Shown here: piece after piece, positions 1 through 8,326 of the stretch | Numbering within the stretch: position 1 is the stretch's first letter | How the letters are laid out: every line of letters starts with the position of its first letter | Source: an uncultured Anaerolineaceae bacterium | GTDB lineage: Bacteria > Chloroflexota > Anaerolineae > Anaerolineales > Anaerolineaceae | Assembly (NCBI GenBank): GCA_964503685.1 | Contig: CAZDAW010000036.1 | Coordinates: 1 to 32,162 of the forward strand | Length of the DNA: 32,162 nt | Reading direction: 5' to 3' | Made by a program: the position numbers and the translations under genes | Notes under the pieces: generated by a model | The model's database searches: none | What the model was told of the DNA's origin: nothing | What the model saw: the letters and a program-made list of their open reading frames with translations, nothing else

Positions 1-465
1 TATAAGTAGATTCAAAAAAGCCAACAGGTTCAGATAAAGTAAAATTACGCCGATTAAGCGTTCAATTGCCATCTGGGGTAAACGCTCAATACGCCGTAAA
101 ATTAACCAGAAACCAACGACGATCAAACCAATGGGTAAAATATAAATTCCCCAGCCCACAAGATGATCCAGAAATCGCGCCCATGCCCCCATTGCATCTT
201 CAGTTCCCACTGAGAGCAAACTGATAAAGGTTAAAAAGCCCACCAGAACCAGCATAATTCCCAGGATATCCAGTTGCCGTTCGGGAGAGATCGATATGTT
301 TTTAATGTTAAGACGTGGATTGACTCCCGATCTTCCTCGCGAAACCGCCCGGTTGTGGGAGGAAATGGTTGATCTACCAGAAGGTCTGGCTTTGCTTGAA
401 TCCCGCCTGCCGCCGCTTGAACTGGTTCTTGCTGATTTTGGATGTCCAGGTGTCGATTTTGGCAC
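1..465 (-). CDS. Partial CDS (N-terminal part; continues past window start): FtsK/SpoIIIE-like DNA translocase N-terminal membrane region
   Basis: Minus-strand reading frame is open from a stop at ~472-474 to position 1 and was not listed in the ORF track because it has no stop inside the window. Translation: Ser/Arg/Lys-rich cytoplasmic head (..PKSTPGHPKSARTSSSGGRRDSSKARPSGRS..) followed by hydrophobic helices ..ERQLDILGIMLVLVGFLTFISLLS..GAWARFLDHLVGWGIYILPIGLIVVGFWLIL.., resembling the FtsK/SpoIIIE N-terminus. Start codon uncertain: GTG ~465 (gives the basic tail) or ATG ~255. A TGcTATAAT extended -10 lies on the minus strand at ~515-523. Confidence 0.4.
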   Translation of the reverse strand, partial: MPKSTPGHPKSARTSSSGGRRDSSKARPSGRSTISSHNRAVSRGRSGVNPRLNIKNISISPERQLDILGIMLVLVGFLTFISLLSVGTEDAMGAWARFLDHLVGWGIYILPIGLIVVGFWLILRRIERLPQMAIERLIGVILLYLNLLAFLNLLI

Positions 466-561
466 GATAGATTAATTTACGTTTGATCGCGAATAGTAAC
501 GCTTTACTCCATAAAATTATAGCACAGATAATCTAATCTCGATTTGCACAAGCATTCATGT

Positions 562-2427
562 TTATTTCAGGGCCGCCTGAATTAATTCCTGGATACGCCC
601 GATCATGCTGGCCGGGTCAGGGTGCAGACCTTCGATCAATAACGCATCTTCATAAATTTGTTCGATGATGGCTTTGCTTAGCGCTTCATCTTGCAATCCG
701 GCGCCTAGTTTGACAATGATTGGGTGGCGCGGGTTCAGTTCCAATACTTTCTTCGGAGCTTCGAATTCGCGCTCCAAGAGACGGTATAAGCGTTGCATCT
801 CCTGTCCATGCGACCCTTCGGGGTCTACCAGGCGGGCAGGCGAATCGGATAATCGTTCAGTCATGCGGACATCCGTCACTCGTTCGCCCAATTGCGCTTT
901 GAATTGATTGACAAGACCTTCCGAGGCTGTATCTTGCAAAACTGGCTTCTCTTCTGCCTGATCTGCAAGATCAGGCAACTTCAGGTCGCTGGCGGCTACA
1001 TTTGCCAGCTCAATGTCATGATATTTTTTGAGTCCCAATAACATAAAAGAATCGATGGGGTCAGTCAATACCAAAACATCGAAGTCAGCCTTACGGAAAT
1101 AATCCAGGTGCGGGCTGTGGGAAACCGAACGAACGTCATCGCCCAGGATGTAATAGATTTTATCCTGCCCTTCTTTCTTCTTTTCGAGATACTGATCCAA
1201 TGAATGCCATTTTTCAGGATCATGGAGAGTTCGGAAACGAAGTAATGGATAGAGCGACTCGGCTGAGGCCGGATCCATGGCAATTCCTTCTTTTATATAT
1301 CGTCCGAAAGCCTGCCAGAACGTATTATATTTTTCTTCATCTTCCTTCGCCAGTGTGGCTAACATATCCGTCACTTTTGTGGTGATGATTTTCTTCAACT
1401 GCGCCATGATTTTATTGGACTGTACGGTTTCACGCGAGACATTCAAGGGCAAATCTTCGGAATCTACAACGCCCTGTACAAAACGGAAATACTCGGGGAG
1501 GAGGTCCTTGCAATATTCCTGGATCAATACCTTGCGCGCGTAGAGCTTTAACCCATCCTCCCGGCGGAGTGAGAAAAGGCCGCGTTCCTTGTTAGAGGGT
1601 ATGTATAGCAAGGCAAACAATTGCACAGGCGCATCCACCGCCAGGTGGGCGTGAATCAGGGGTTTTTCTGCATCCAGGGTCAGTTGTTTGTAGAATTCCT
1701 CGTACTCGTTCTCTTTCACCTCGCGGGGTTGCTGGCGCCAGAGAGCCGTCTGATGATTGACCTGTTCTTTTGAATCTCCGAGGTATATTGGGAATGCGAT
1801 ATAGTCGGAATGTTTATGTAAAATCTGGCGCAGGCGGAATTCTTCCAGAAACTCGGTCGCATCCTCTTTTAATTTGATGATAACTGTTGTACCTCGATCT
1901 GCTTTCTCTGCGGGCTCAATTGAGAATGTATCCGTTCCGGTAGAGAACCAGCTAACTGCTTCGGCTTCCGGACGGTAAGAACGCGAAATGACTTTGATCG
2001 ACTCAGCCACCATGAAGGCTGAATAAAAACCCACCCCAAACTGCCCGATGATATCTGCCAGACGGTTGACATTTTCCTTGCTGGCCTCGATGAATGCTCT
2101 CGCGCCTGAATGGGCAATCGTTCCTAAATTCTCCACCATTTCATCGCTGGTCATGCCAAGGCCGCTGTCGCGAATTGTAAGAGTTTTTTCATCCTTGTTA
2201 GCTTCAATATGGATTTCCAGGGGTAATTCGGGATCAAGTACGTCGCGGTTGACCAGCATCTCGAAATTCAACCGGGCAAGTGCATCGGAGGCGTTCGAAA
2301 CGAGTTCGCGCAGGAAGATTTCGCGCTCAGTGTAGAGTGAATGGATCAGAATATCCAATAACTGACGGGTTTCTGCTTTGAAGGCCATTGATTGCGCTTT
2401 TTTGGTGGGGTCTATGTCATTGTTCAT
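562..2427 (-). CDS. htpG: Molecular chaperone HtpG (Hsp90 family)
   Basis: 621-aa ORF; N-terminal GHKL ATPase signature ..ETRQLLDILIHSLYTEREIFLRELVSNASDALARL.. and the middle/C-terminal domains are typical of bacterial HtpG. AAGAGGA Shine-Dalgarno 7-8 nt upstream of the ATG on the minus strand. Confidence 0.95.
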   Translation of the reverse strand: MNNDIDPTKKAQSMAFKAETRQLLDILIHSLYTEREIFLRELVSNASDALARLNFEMLVNRDVLDPELPLEIHIEANKDEKTLTIRDSGLGMTSDEMVENLGTIAHSGARAFIEASKENVNRLADIIGQFGVGFYSAFMVAESIKVISRSYRPEAEAVSWFSTGTDTFSIEPAEKADRGTTVIIKLKEDATEFLEEFRLRQILHKHSDYIAFPIYLGDSKEQVNHQTALWRQQPREVKENEYEEFYKQLTLDAEKPLIHAHLAVDAPVQLFALLYIPSNKERGLFSLRREDGLKLYARKVLIQEYCKDLLPEYFRFVQGVVDSEDLPLNVSRETVQSNKIMAQLKKIITTKVTDMLATLAKEDEEKYNTFWQAFGRYIKEGIAMDPASAESLYPLLRFRTLHDPEKWHSLDQYLEKKKEGQDKIYYILGDDVRSVSHSPHLDYFRKADFDVLVLTDPIDSFMLLGLKKYHDIELANVAASDLKLPDLADQAEEKPVLQDTASEGLVNQFKAQLGERVTDVRMTERLSDSPARLVDPEGSHGQEMQRLYRLLEREFEAPKKVLELNPRHPIIVKLGAGLQDEALSKAIIEQIYEDALLIEGLHPDPASMIGRIQELIQAALK

Positions 2428-2596
2428 AAGCCATCCTCTTTTGAATAAATAATCAAAGATAACAAAATTATATTACACCGGTTTTGTAAAAAAAGCATCA
2501 GAGCAATCGATAATCTGTCGGGCTATAAAATAGGGTAAAATAGGCATGTTTAACTGGGGAATTGCAAGATATCGACCAGTTGGAAAGGATATCCTC

Positions 2597-3514
2597 TTGT
2601 TTGAAATCGTATTCCTTGGCACCTCCGCTTCCGCGCCATCTGCCCGGCGTGGCCTTTCAGCGCAGGTGGTCAAGCATGATGAACACCGCTTCCTGATCGA
2701 TTGCGGCGAAGGCACCCAACGACAAATTCTGCAATCCGGGATTGGTTTCAAACACCTGGATAAAATCCTTATTACCCACGGACACCTGGATCATATCCTG
2801 GGACTGGCGGGGCTGCTTTCTACTTTCCTCCGATGGGAGGCAATAGATAGGATGGAGATTTACGGCGGGAGTTGGGCTTTACAGCGGGTGAAGGACCTGC
2901 TCTATAACATTGTGTTGCGTGGCGCCACGCCGCCGATGACTATCCTGTTTAACGAGATAAAATCTGGCGTTTTTTTTGAGGGGGAAGATTTTAGCGTATC
3001 TGCATTTCCTGTATCGCACCGGGGCCCCGATTGCCTGGGTTTTCTTTTTGAAGAAAAGGGGCATCGTCCGTTCCTGCCAGAAAAGGCAGATGCGCTGGGA
3101 ATTCCTCCCGGCCCCTGGCGGCGCGACCTTGTCAAAGGGATGGCAGTCACCTTGCCTGATGGGCGGGTAATTTCTCCGGAGGATGTACTGGGGCCTTTTA
3201 AACCCGGAACACGCTTGGTGCATGTTGGCGACGTCGGCAAGGTCGATGATCTGGTCGCTATCTGTAAGGATGCAGATGCGCTTGTTATCGAGTCAACTTA
3301 TATGGAGGAAGAGATTGATCTGGCGCAACAATTCGCGCACCTGACTGCCCGGCAGGCTGCCACGCTGGCGGTAAAGGCCGGTATCAAGCAATTAATTCTT
3401 ACACATATCTCTCGCCGTTACCGCGAAAAAGATGTGCTGACAGAGGCGCAAGCGGTTTTCCCTAACACGGTTGTGGCCCGCGATTTCGATACTTTTCAGA
3501 TCAAGCACGAATAG
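2597..3514 (+). CDS. rnz: Ribonuclease Z (tRNA 3' endonuclease, metallo-beta-lactamase fold)
   Basis: HxHxDH motif (ITHGHLDHILGL). The N-terminus ..FEIVFLGTSASAPS.. aligns with the canonical RNase Z start MELIFLGTSAGVP. Proposed start is the in-frame TTG at 2597, preceded by GGAAAGGA with a 6-nt spacing. The ORF-track ATG at 2546 would add 17 non-conserved residues and has no SD. Confidence 0.8.
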   Translation: MFEIVFLGTSASAPSARRGLSAQVVKHDEHRFLIDCGEGTQRQILQSGIGFKHLDKILITHGHLDHILGLAGLLSTFLRWEAIDRMEIYGGSWALQRVKDLLYNIVLRGATPPMTILFNEIKSGVFFEGEDFSVSAFPVSHRGPDCLGFLFEEKGHRPFLPEKADALGIPPGPWRRDLVKGMAVTLPDGRVISPEDVLGPFKPGTRLVHVGDVGKVDDLVAICKDADALVIESTYMEEEIDLAQQFAHLTARQAATLAVKAGIKQLILTHISRRYREKDVLTEAQAVFPNTVVARDFDTFQIKHE

Positions 3515-3543
3515 TACAACTACATCGTAAGTAATCATTAACT

Positions 3544-3560
3544 AATTGCATAAAGAATAT
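3544..3560. repeat. Left copy of an imperfect ~17-18 bp direct repeat (AATTGCATAAAGAATAT) flanking the AT-rich islet
   Basis: Compare with AATTCGCATAAGAATTAT at ~5518-5535 (15 matches, 2 single-base indels). The two copies bracket a ~2 kb lower-GC segment. Confidence 0.3.
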
Positions 3561-3602
3561 GTGCATATTTGCAGCATAATTGTAAATATGCAAGGAGAAC
3601 CG

Positions 3603-4823
3603 ATGACCGTTGATTTCATCCCTCGACGACTTGGTTTAGTTGTACGCAAGGCTGTGACTGAATTTCCCGCTACTGTATTGGTTGGTCCGCGCCAGTCGGG
3701 TAAAACCACATTACTGAGATATCATTTTGGGGAACAATATTCACTTGTCTCTCTTGACTCACCAGATGTGCGTCTTGCCGCACAGACTGATCCACGTGGA
3801 TTTCTCGATTTATATCCTCCCCCTGTTATTTTGGATGAAATCCAATACGCACCAGAGCTGTTACCCTATATCAAAGAGAAAATTGATAATAATCGCAGCC
3901 AATTCGGACAATATATTTTGACCGCCTCACAAAACCTGTTATTAATGCAGCAGGTGACGGAAAGCCTTGCTGGACGCGCTGCAGTGCTAAAACTGATGCC
4001 GCTTTCGCGTGGTGAGGTTAATCGAAACCCTGAAAGATGTTTCATCTGGGAGGATTCGTCAATTTCCAGCCTGCCAGATCAGACCCCCGTCGAATTGTGG
4101 AAACAAATATTGCGAGGCGCTTATCCTGAACTTGTTGCCCATCCTGAGCGGGATGCACATTTATGGCTGTCAAGTTATATTCAGACATACCTGGAACGTG
4201 ATGTACGTAACTTGCGAGTGCTGGGTAGCTTGACCCAATTCCAGGTTTTTTTGCGCGCTCTGGCTGCTCGTAGTGCTCAGATATTGAACTTGAGTGAACT
4301 TGCCCGTGATGTGGGTGTTGCTGTCAATACGATCAAAGATTGGATTTCTATTTTGGAAGCCAGTTTTCAGATTTTTACCTTGCGTCCATATTATGCCAAT
4401 ATTGGTAAACGGTTGATTAAATCGCCGAAGATTTATTTCTTCGATACGGGTTTATTGTGCTATCTGGTCGGATTGCGCGATATCGAACATGCTGCTCGTG
4501 GACCTATGGGTGGTGCAATTTTTGAAAATTTTGTGATTGCTGATCTATTCAAAACACACCTGCATCGGGGCGAAGAACCGGCTCTGTATTATTGGCGTAC
4601 GGCTGCCGGTTCTGAGGTGGATGTAATTATCGAAACGCAAGCCGGATTGATTCCAATCGAAATCAAACTATCCGCAACACCTCGGCCAGAAATGGCAAAA
4701 GAGTTGGTTTCCTTTCGGCGCGACTTCAAAGAAAGAACTTTGCCTGGATATGTAATTCATACTGGTAAGATGACTCTTCCACTTGGACAGGGTATTATTG
4801 CTCTGCCATTAAGTAGGCTTTAA
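3603..4823 (+). CDS. AAA+ ATPase of the AAA_14 + DUF4143 architecture
   Basis: Walker A VGPRQSGKTTLL close to the N-terminus and Walker B-like ..VILDEIQ..; ~400 aa length and C-terminal region typical of DUF4143-family ATPases. Start moved to the ATG at 3603 (M20 of the track ORF), immediately after AAGGAG. Local GC is visibly lower than in the flanking genes. Confidence 0.75.
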   Translation: MTVDFIPRRLGLVVRKAVTEFPATVLVGPRQSGKTTLLRYHFGEQYSLVSLDSPDVRLAAQTDPRGFLDLYPPPVILDEIQYAPELLPYIKEKIDNNRSQFGQYILTASQNLLLMQQVTESLAGRAAVLKLMPLSRGEVNRNPERCFIWEDSSISSLPDQTPVELWKQILRGAYPELVAHPERDAHLWLSSYIQTYLERDVRNLRVLGSLTQFQVFLRALAARSAQILNLSELARDVGVAVNTIKDWISILEASFQIFTLRPYYANIGKRLIKSPKIYFFDTGLLCYLVGLRDIEHAARGPMGGAIFENFVIADLFKTHLHRGEEPALYYWRTAAGSEVDVIIETQAGLIPIEIKLSATPRPEMAKELVSFRRDFKERTLPGYVIHTGKMTLPLGQGIIALPLSRL

Positions 4824-4863
4824 TGCGGATAGTATTTACTACAGAATCAGAGGATATATATCT

Positions 4864-4926
4864 ATGAGTAAGAAAAAGAACAAGGGGGTCTCGTCCTCTA
4901 CCAAGGCTAAATCGGCAAATTCCTAA
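4864..4926 (+). CDS. Possible small ORF (20 aa, MSKKKNKGVSSSTKAKSANS), Lys/Ser-rich
   Basis: ATG preceded by GAGGA at ~10 nt. Ends 16 nt upstream of the next ORF, in a different frame. Too short to call with confidence; no recognisable family. Confidence 0.2.
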   Translation: MSKKKNKGVSSSTKAKSANS

Positions 4927-4942
4927 TTCGTTAATTCGTCCG

Positions 4943-5509
4943 ATGACAGCAATTGGACAAAATCCTTATTTATTAAATGCCCGGGAATACCCATTTTACG
5001 GTTGTTGGATCATGGCTGGTTGGAAAGAATCTGGCATCACGCCGATTGTGGTCGCGCGTGAACAGGAGCCTGGCAGGATTATGTTCGGAATCTATGAGGT
5101 GGATTTGTATTGTTTGGGTATTAAAGATGTTTTCACCAGAGTGGATTATTCCTTGAATAGATTCAGGCGCGACTTACCGAAGTTTTGTGCAGGATATCCA
5201 GAACAATGCCCGATAGAACTGGCGCACGAGATAATTTATGGTGCGCTCGAATATGCAGAAAAACTTGGGTTTCAGCCACATCCCGATTTCAAAAATCAAT
5301 TGGCAGACCTGATGCTTGCTCCTGCGGATGCTTATTTACGTACGAATCAAGTTACATTTGGTAAAGATGGCAAACCATTATTTGTGGCTGGCCCGTATGA
5401 TGATGAGCGAAGATGTAGGTTCGTGATTAATACATTGATAAATTCTTGCGGAGAAGGAAATTTTGATTACCTTATAAATTTAGATGGAATGTTTAGCGAA
5501 GGTGAATGA
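4943..5509 (+). CDS. Hypothetical protein (188 aa), no recognisable family
   Basis: Clean ORF with no alternative upstream start in frame (frame opens at a TGA at ~4865). AT-rich codon usage like the preceding ATPase gene. No SD; possibly coupled to the small upstream ORF. Confidence 0.5.
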   Translation: MTAIGQNPYLLNAREYPFYGCWIMAGWKESGITPIVVAREQEPGRIMFGIYEVDLYCLGIKDVFTRVDYSLNRFRRDLPKFCAGYPEQCPIELAHEIIYGALEYAEKLGFQPHPDFKNQLADLMLAPADAYLRTNQVTFGKDGKPLFVAGPYDDERRCRFVINTLINSCGEGNFDYLINLDGMFSEGE

Positions 5510-5517
5510 AAATTATC

Positions 5518-5535
5518 AATTCGCATAAGAATTAT
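5518..5535. repeat. Right copy of the imperfect direct repeat (AATTCGCATAAGAATTAT)
   Basis: See the left copy at 3544-3560. Confidence 0.3.
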
Positions 5536-5555
5536 ATTAATATTCTGAATAGTTG

Positions 5556-5585
5556 ATTGACTCTATAGTTGACCTGTGTTATCAT
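5556..5585 (+). promoter_or_regulatory. Candidate sigma70-type promoter for the metK riboswitch transcript (-35 TTGACT, 18-nt spacer, extended -10 TGtTATCAT)
   Basis: Sequence ..TTGACTctatagttgacctgTGtTATCAT.. about 30 nt upstream of the riboswitch. Overlaps an inverted repeat GTTGAC-N12-GTCAAC (~5568-5591). Confidence 0.3.
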
Positions 5586-5616
5586 GTCAACAATAACTGA
5601 ATAGCCCCTTACGGCA

Positions 5617-5747
5617 CTCTTATCCAGAGAGGTGGAGGGAACGGCCCTGTGAAACCTCGGCAACCAGAGACATACTGAAGTCCATAATGGACAGATAGTT
5701 CTTAATGGTGCCAATTCCGTCAGGAACAATTTCTGGAAGATGAGAGG
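5617..5747 (+). promoter_or_regulatory. SAM-I (S-box) riboswitch aptamer
   Basis: CTCTTATCCAGAGAGGTGGAGGGAACGGCCCTGTGAAACCTCGGCAACC...GGTGCCAATTCCGTCAGG...GAAGATGAGAGG matches the S-box consensus: P1 CTCTTATC/GATGAGAG, kink-turn GA, GGTGGAGGGA, GCAACC, GGTGCCAATTCC. Located directly upstream of metK. Confidence 0.85.
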
Positions 5748-5766
5748 GCAGCCGCCACATCTGTGA

Positions 5767-5807
5767 TTGCCCCCTCTTGATAACCAGAAGGGGCAATTTT
5801 CATTTTT
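5767..5807 (+). terminator. Intrinsic terminator of the riboswitch expression platform
   Basis: TTGCCCC-N15-GGGGCAA hairpin followed by TTTTCATTTTT. The 5' arm can alternatively pair with the aptamer 3' side (antiterminator logic). Sits between the aptamer and the metK RBS (GGAGG at ~5816). Confidence 0.7.
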
Positions 5808-5830
5808 CTAAAAACTGGAGGCAAAAAATA

Positions 5831-7066
5831 ATGAATACAAGTTTTATGGACTCGCCCGAATATCTCTTCACTTCCGAGTCCGTCACCGAGGGCCACCCTG
5901 ATAAAATTTGCGATCAGGTCAGCGATGCTGTGCTAGATGCCTGCCTTGAGCAGGATCGTTTTTCGCGTGTGGCTTGCGAAACCGCCACGAAAACCGGATT
6001 TATCATGTTGCTGGGTGAGATCACGACCAATGCGACGCTTTTCTATGATCAACTTGTCCGCAAGGTCGTAACCGAAATTGGCTATGATGACAGCGCTAAA
6101 GGGTTTGACGGTAATTCCTGCGGTGTTCAGGTAGCCATTGCCCGCCAGTCAGGTGATATTGCGATGGGTGTGGATAAGGCCTTTGAGGCTAAAGCTGGCG
6201 AAATGACCGAGAGCGAAATCGAAGCTGTTGGCGCCGGCGACCAGGGAATGATGTTCGGGTTTGCCTGTAACGAAACCCCTGTTTTAATGCCCATGCCCAT
6301 TTACCTGGCGCATAAACTTGCCCGGCGTTTGAGCGCGGTTCGCAAAGATGGGACTTTGCCCTGGCTGCGGCCGGATGGGAAGACACAGGTGACGATCGAG
6401 TATCGATACGGTCGCCCTTATCGTGTCCATACGGTATTGGTCAGCACTCAGCACCACCCGGATAAAAGCCAGAAGGAAATCTTCGATGCTGTTATCGAAC
6501 ATGTCGTCAAGCCTACTATTCCTGCCGATTTGATTCATGGTGATATCAAGTATTTTGTTAACCCGACCGGGCGTTTTGCTATCGGCGGTCCAATGGGCGA
6601 CGCGGGGGTAACCGGGCGGAAAATTATCGTTGACACTTACGGCGGTATGGGACGTCACGGCGGCGGCGCGTTCAGCGGCAAAGACCCCACTAAAGTGGAT
6701 CGTTCTGCAGCCTACGCTGCGCGCTGGGTTGCCAAGAATGTCGTTGCTGCTGGCCTGGCCGAGCGCTGCGAAATTCAGGTCGCTTACGCCATCGGCGTGG
6801 CGCATCCATTGAGCGTCAATGTGGAAACATTTGGCACTGGCGTTATCGCCGATGATCAAATTTCCAAACTGATCACTCAGTATTTTGATCTGCGTCCTGG
6901 CGCCATCATTCGCGACCTTGACTTACGCCGTCCAATCTTCCGTCAGGTGGCCGCCTACGGTCATTTTGGTCGGGATGATCTGGATCTGAGCTGGGAGAAA
7001 ACCGATAAAGCCGATTTATTGCGCGAGGCTGCCGGCGTGAAAGAAAAAGCTGGCGTTGGCGCATAA
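5831..7066 (+). CDS. metK: S-adenosylmethionine synthetase
   Basis: ..[29 protein letters not shown].. with GGAG motifs and the GAGDQG loop; full-length MAT. Start set to the ATG at 5831 (M19 of the track ORF), downstream of GGAGG. The track ATG at 5777 lies inside the terminator hairpin. Confidence 0.95.
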   Translation: MNTSFMDSPEYLFTSESVTEGHPDKICDQVSDAVLDACLEQDRFSRVACETATKTGFIMLLGEITTNATLFYDQLVRKVVTEIGYDDSAKGFDGNSCGVQVAIARQSGDIAMGVDKAFEAKAGEMTESEIEAVGAGDQGMMFGFACNETPVLMPMPIYLAHKLARRLSAVRKDGTLPWLRPDGKTQVTIEYRYGRPYRVHTVLVSTQHHPDKSQKEIFDAVIEHVVKPTIPADLIHGDIKYFVNPTGRFAIGGPMGDAGVTGRKIIVDTYGGMGRHGGGAFSGKDPTKVDRSAAYAARWVAKNVVAAGLAERCEIQVAYAIGVAHPLSVNVETFGTGVIADDQISKLITQYFDLRPGAIIRDLDLRRPIFRQVAAYGHFGRDDLDLSWEKTDKADLLREAAGVKEKAGVGA

Positions 7067-7100
7067 TTAGCCCTGCCTCTAACTTCATTACTTAATATAT

Positions 7101-7140
7101 GGGACTGCCCGGATATCCAAGTCGGCAGTCCCTTTTTGTT
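7101..7140. terminator. Bidirectional intrinsic terminator between convergent metK and the beta-lactamase-fold gene
   Basis: GGGACTGCC-N14-GGCAGTCCC hairpin followed by TTTTTGTTTT on the plus strand; A-rich on the other side. Confidence 0.6.
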
Positions 7141-7173
7141 TTGATTTTTGAATTGTGAAATTGTTAACGACAA

Positions 7174-8241
7174 TTATTGCCCGGTGAAGAACTCGTAAGT
7201 GAGTTGTGAGACCATTGTAATTAATTGTTCTGCTTCTTTGAAATTTTTTTGTGGAACTTTATTGGCAATCACGGCGATCAGGTAAGCAGTATCTGATGTT
7301 TCAACCAGAGCAACATCGCCAATAGCATTTCCATCAGGTAAAAAGTCCTGCCCTATCTTGTGCGCCATGCAGATATTTTCGTCTGCTGCCAGACCTTTGC
7401 CAATTCGGATCATGTCGTCTGGCGAAGCCGTATGCAGTATCGAAAGCATTTTCTTTGTATCATCGTATGATAGAATTTGCCCAAAGTAGAGTTTTTCAAG
7501 TAAACCTGCCAGATCAGCCGGCGAAGAAAGCCATGGTTGAAGCGTTGTCTGATCTGCTTCCCATGAATCGAGCAAGGCTTCTGGATCCAGATCTGTTTGA
7601 TTGGATAAGAAATTGGACAGGGCGCGGGTTGCGTCTTCTGAGGATATGATCAGCATATCTCTTAATAGCTGATCAAAGGATTGTTTGGTTCCTGGAACTT
7701 CATCCGTCAGCCGAACATTGCGGTTGTGCTCGAGATAATATAGTATCTCAAATCCGATGGCCAGCTTGATTGTGGATGCTGGTTTATAGACTTCATCGGC
7801 TGCAACGGCAACTGTTTCCCCCGTGAATATATTTTTGATATAAATACCCCAATTGCCTGGAACGGTTTGCGCCATTGTTTCAATTTTTTGGGTAAAAAGT
7901 GTATCGGTTTTTCTTTCTTTCTGGATTGGTAAATTAATTGGTTTCCATGCTGCCTGGCAGCTGGTGACCTCTAATTTATAGTCATTGGCGTCAATATTAA
8001 TATCCTGCGCGGCGACAGGCGAATCGGTAGGTTGGATAACAGTTGGAGAGGGGAGCAGCGTTGTAGCGGTGCTTTTAAAAGTCGGTGTTTGAAATTCTGA
8101 CCGGGTCGGCGTTATGGTTATAACTGGCGAAGGAATCACTGTTACGCTATCTGACGGCTTGATTCTTGCTATGAGCAGCCCGCCTGTGCATATAAATATT
8201 AACGCGAACAGAGTACCATAAATGGCTTTTCTAGTCATCAT
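7174..8241 (-). CDS. Membrane-anchored class A beta-lactamase-fold (PenP-like) serine hydrolase family protein, paralog 1
   Basis: N-terminal TM (IYGTLFALIFICTGGLLIA), Pro/Thr/Ser-rich linker, then the beta-lactamase class A fold with S-x-x-K (ASTIK). The SDN loop is replaced by SED and KTG by KIG. The start was moved to M58/M59 of the track ORF because the longer ORF overlaps the upstream paralog by 86 nt. Confidence 0.65.
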   Translation of the reverse strand: MMTRKAIYGTLFALIFICTGGLLIARIKPSDSVTVIPSPVITITPTRSEFQTPTFKSTATTLLPSPTVIQPTDSPVAAQDINIDANDYKLEVTSCQAAWKPINLPIQKERKTDTLFTQKIETMAQTVPGNWGIYIKNIFTGETVAVAADEVYKPASTIKLAIGFEILYYLEHNRNVRLTDEVPGTKQSFDQLLRDMLIISSEDATRALSNFLSNQTDLDPEALLDSWEADQTTLQPWLSSPADLAGLLEKLYFGQILSYDDTKKMLSILHTASPDDMIRIGKGLAADENICMAHKIGQDFLPDGNAIGDVALVETSDTAYLIAVIANKVPQKNFKEAEQLITMVSQLTYEFFTGQ

Positions 8242-8326
8242 TGGATCAATATCTCGTTTGGATGATATGCAACTGACTGGAACCTGCGTGTATCTTTTGT
8301 CAACATTGCTGGCCTGGGTTAACTGT

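Noticed and set aside
2428-2545. Looked for CIRCE (HrcA) or HAIR (HspR) heat-shock operators upstream of htpG
   Set aside because: No TTAGCACTC-N9-GAGTGCTAA or CTTGAGT-N7-ACTCAAG-like inverted repeat present. Only an AT-rich divergent promoter region.
2546-2596. Upstream ATG start for rnz (MFNWGIARYRPVGKDIL..)
   Set aside because: Adds 17 residues absent from RNase Z homologs and lacks an SD. The TTG at 2597 gives the conserved MELIFLGT-type N-terminus and has GGAAAGGA upstream. Kept as an alternative only.
5532-5729. 65-aa minus-strand ORF
   Set aside because: Lies entirely within the SAM riboswitch aptamer and its promoter. The RNA-element explanation is far stronger.
6284-6859. 191-aa minus-strand ORF inside metK (and similar antisense ORFs 10916-11488 and 11622-12263 in metH, 13500-13943 in the yitJ-like gene, 16648-17190 in coaBC, 17257-17949 opposite the phosphoesterase)
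   Set aside because: These are shadow ORFs. They are fully embedded antisense to genes with strong, unambiguous protein signatures, their products are low-complexity Arg/Ala/Ser-rich, and none has an SD. They are typical of GC-rich coding DNA.
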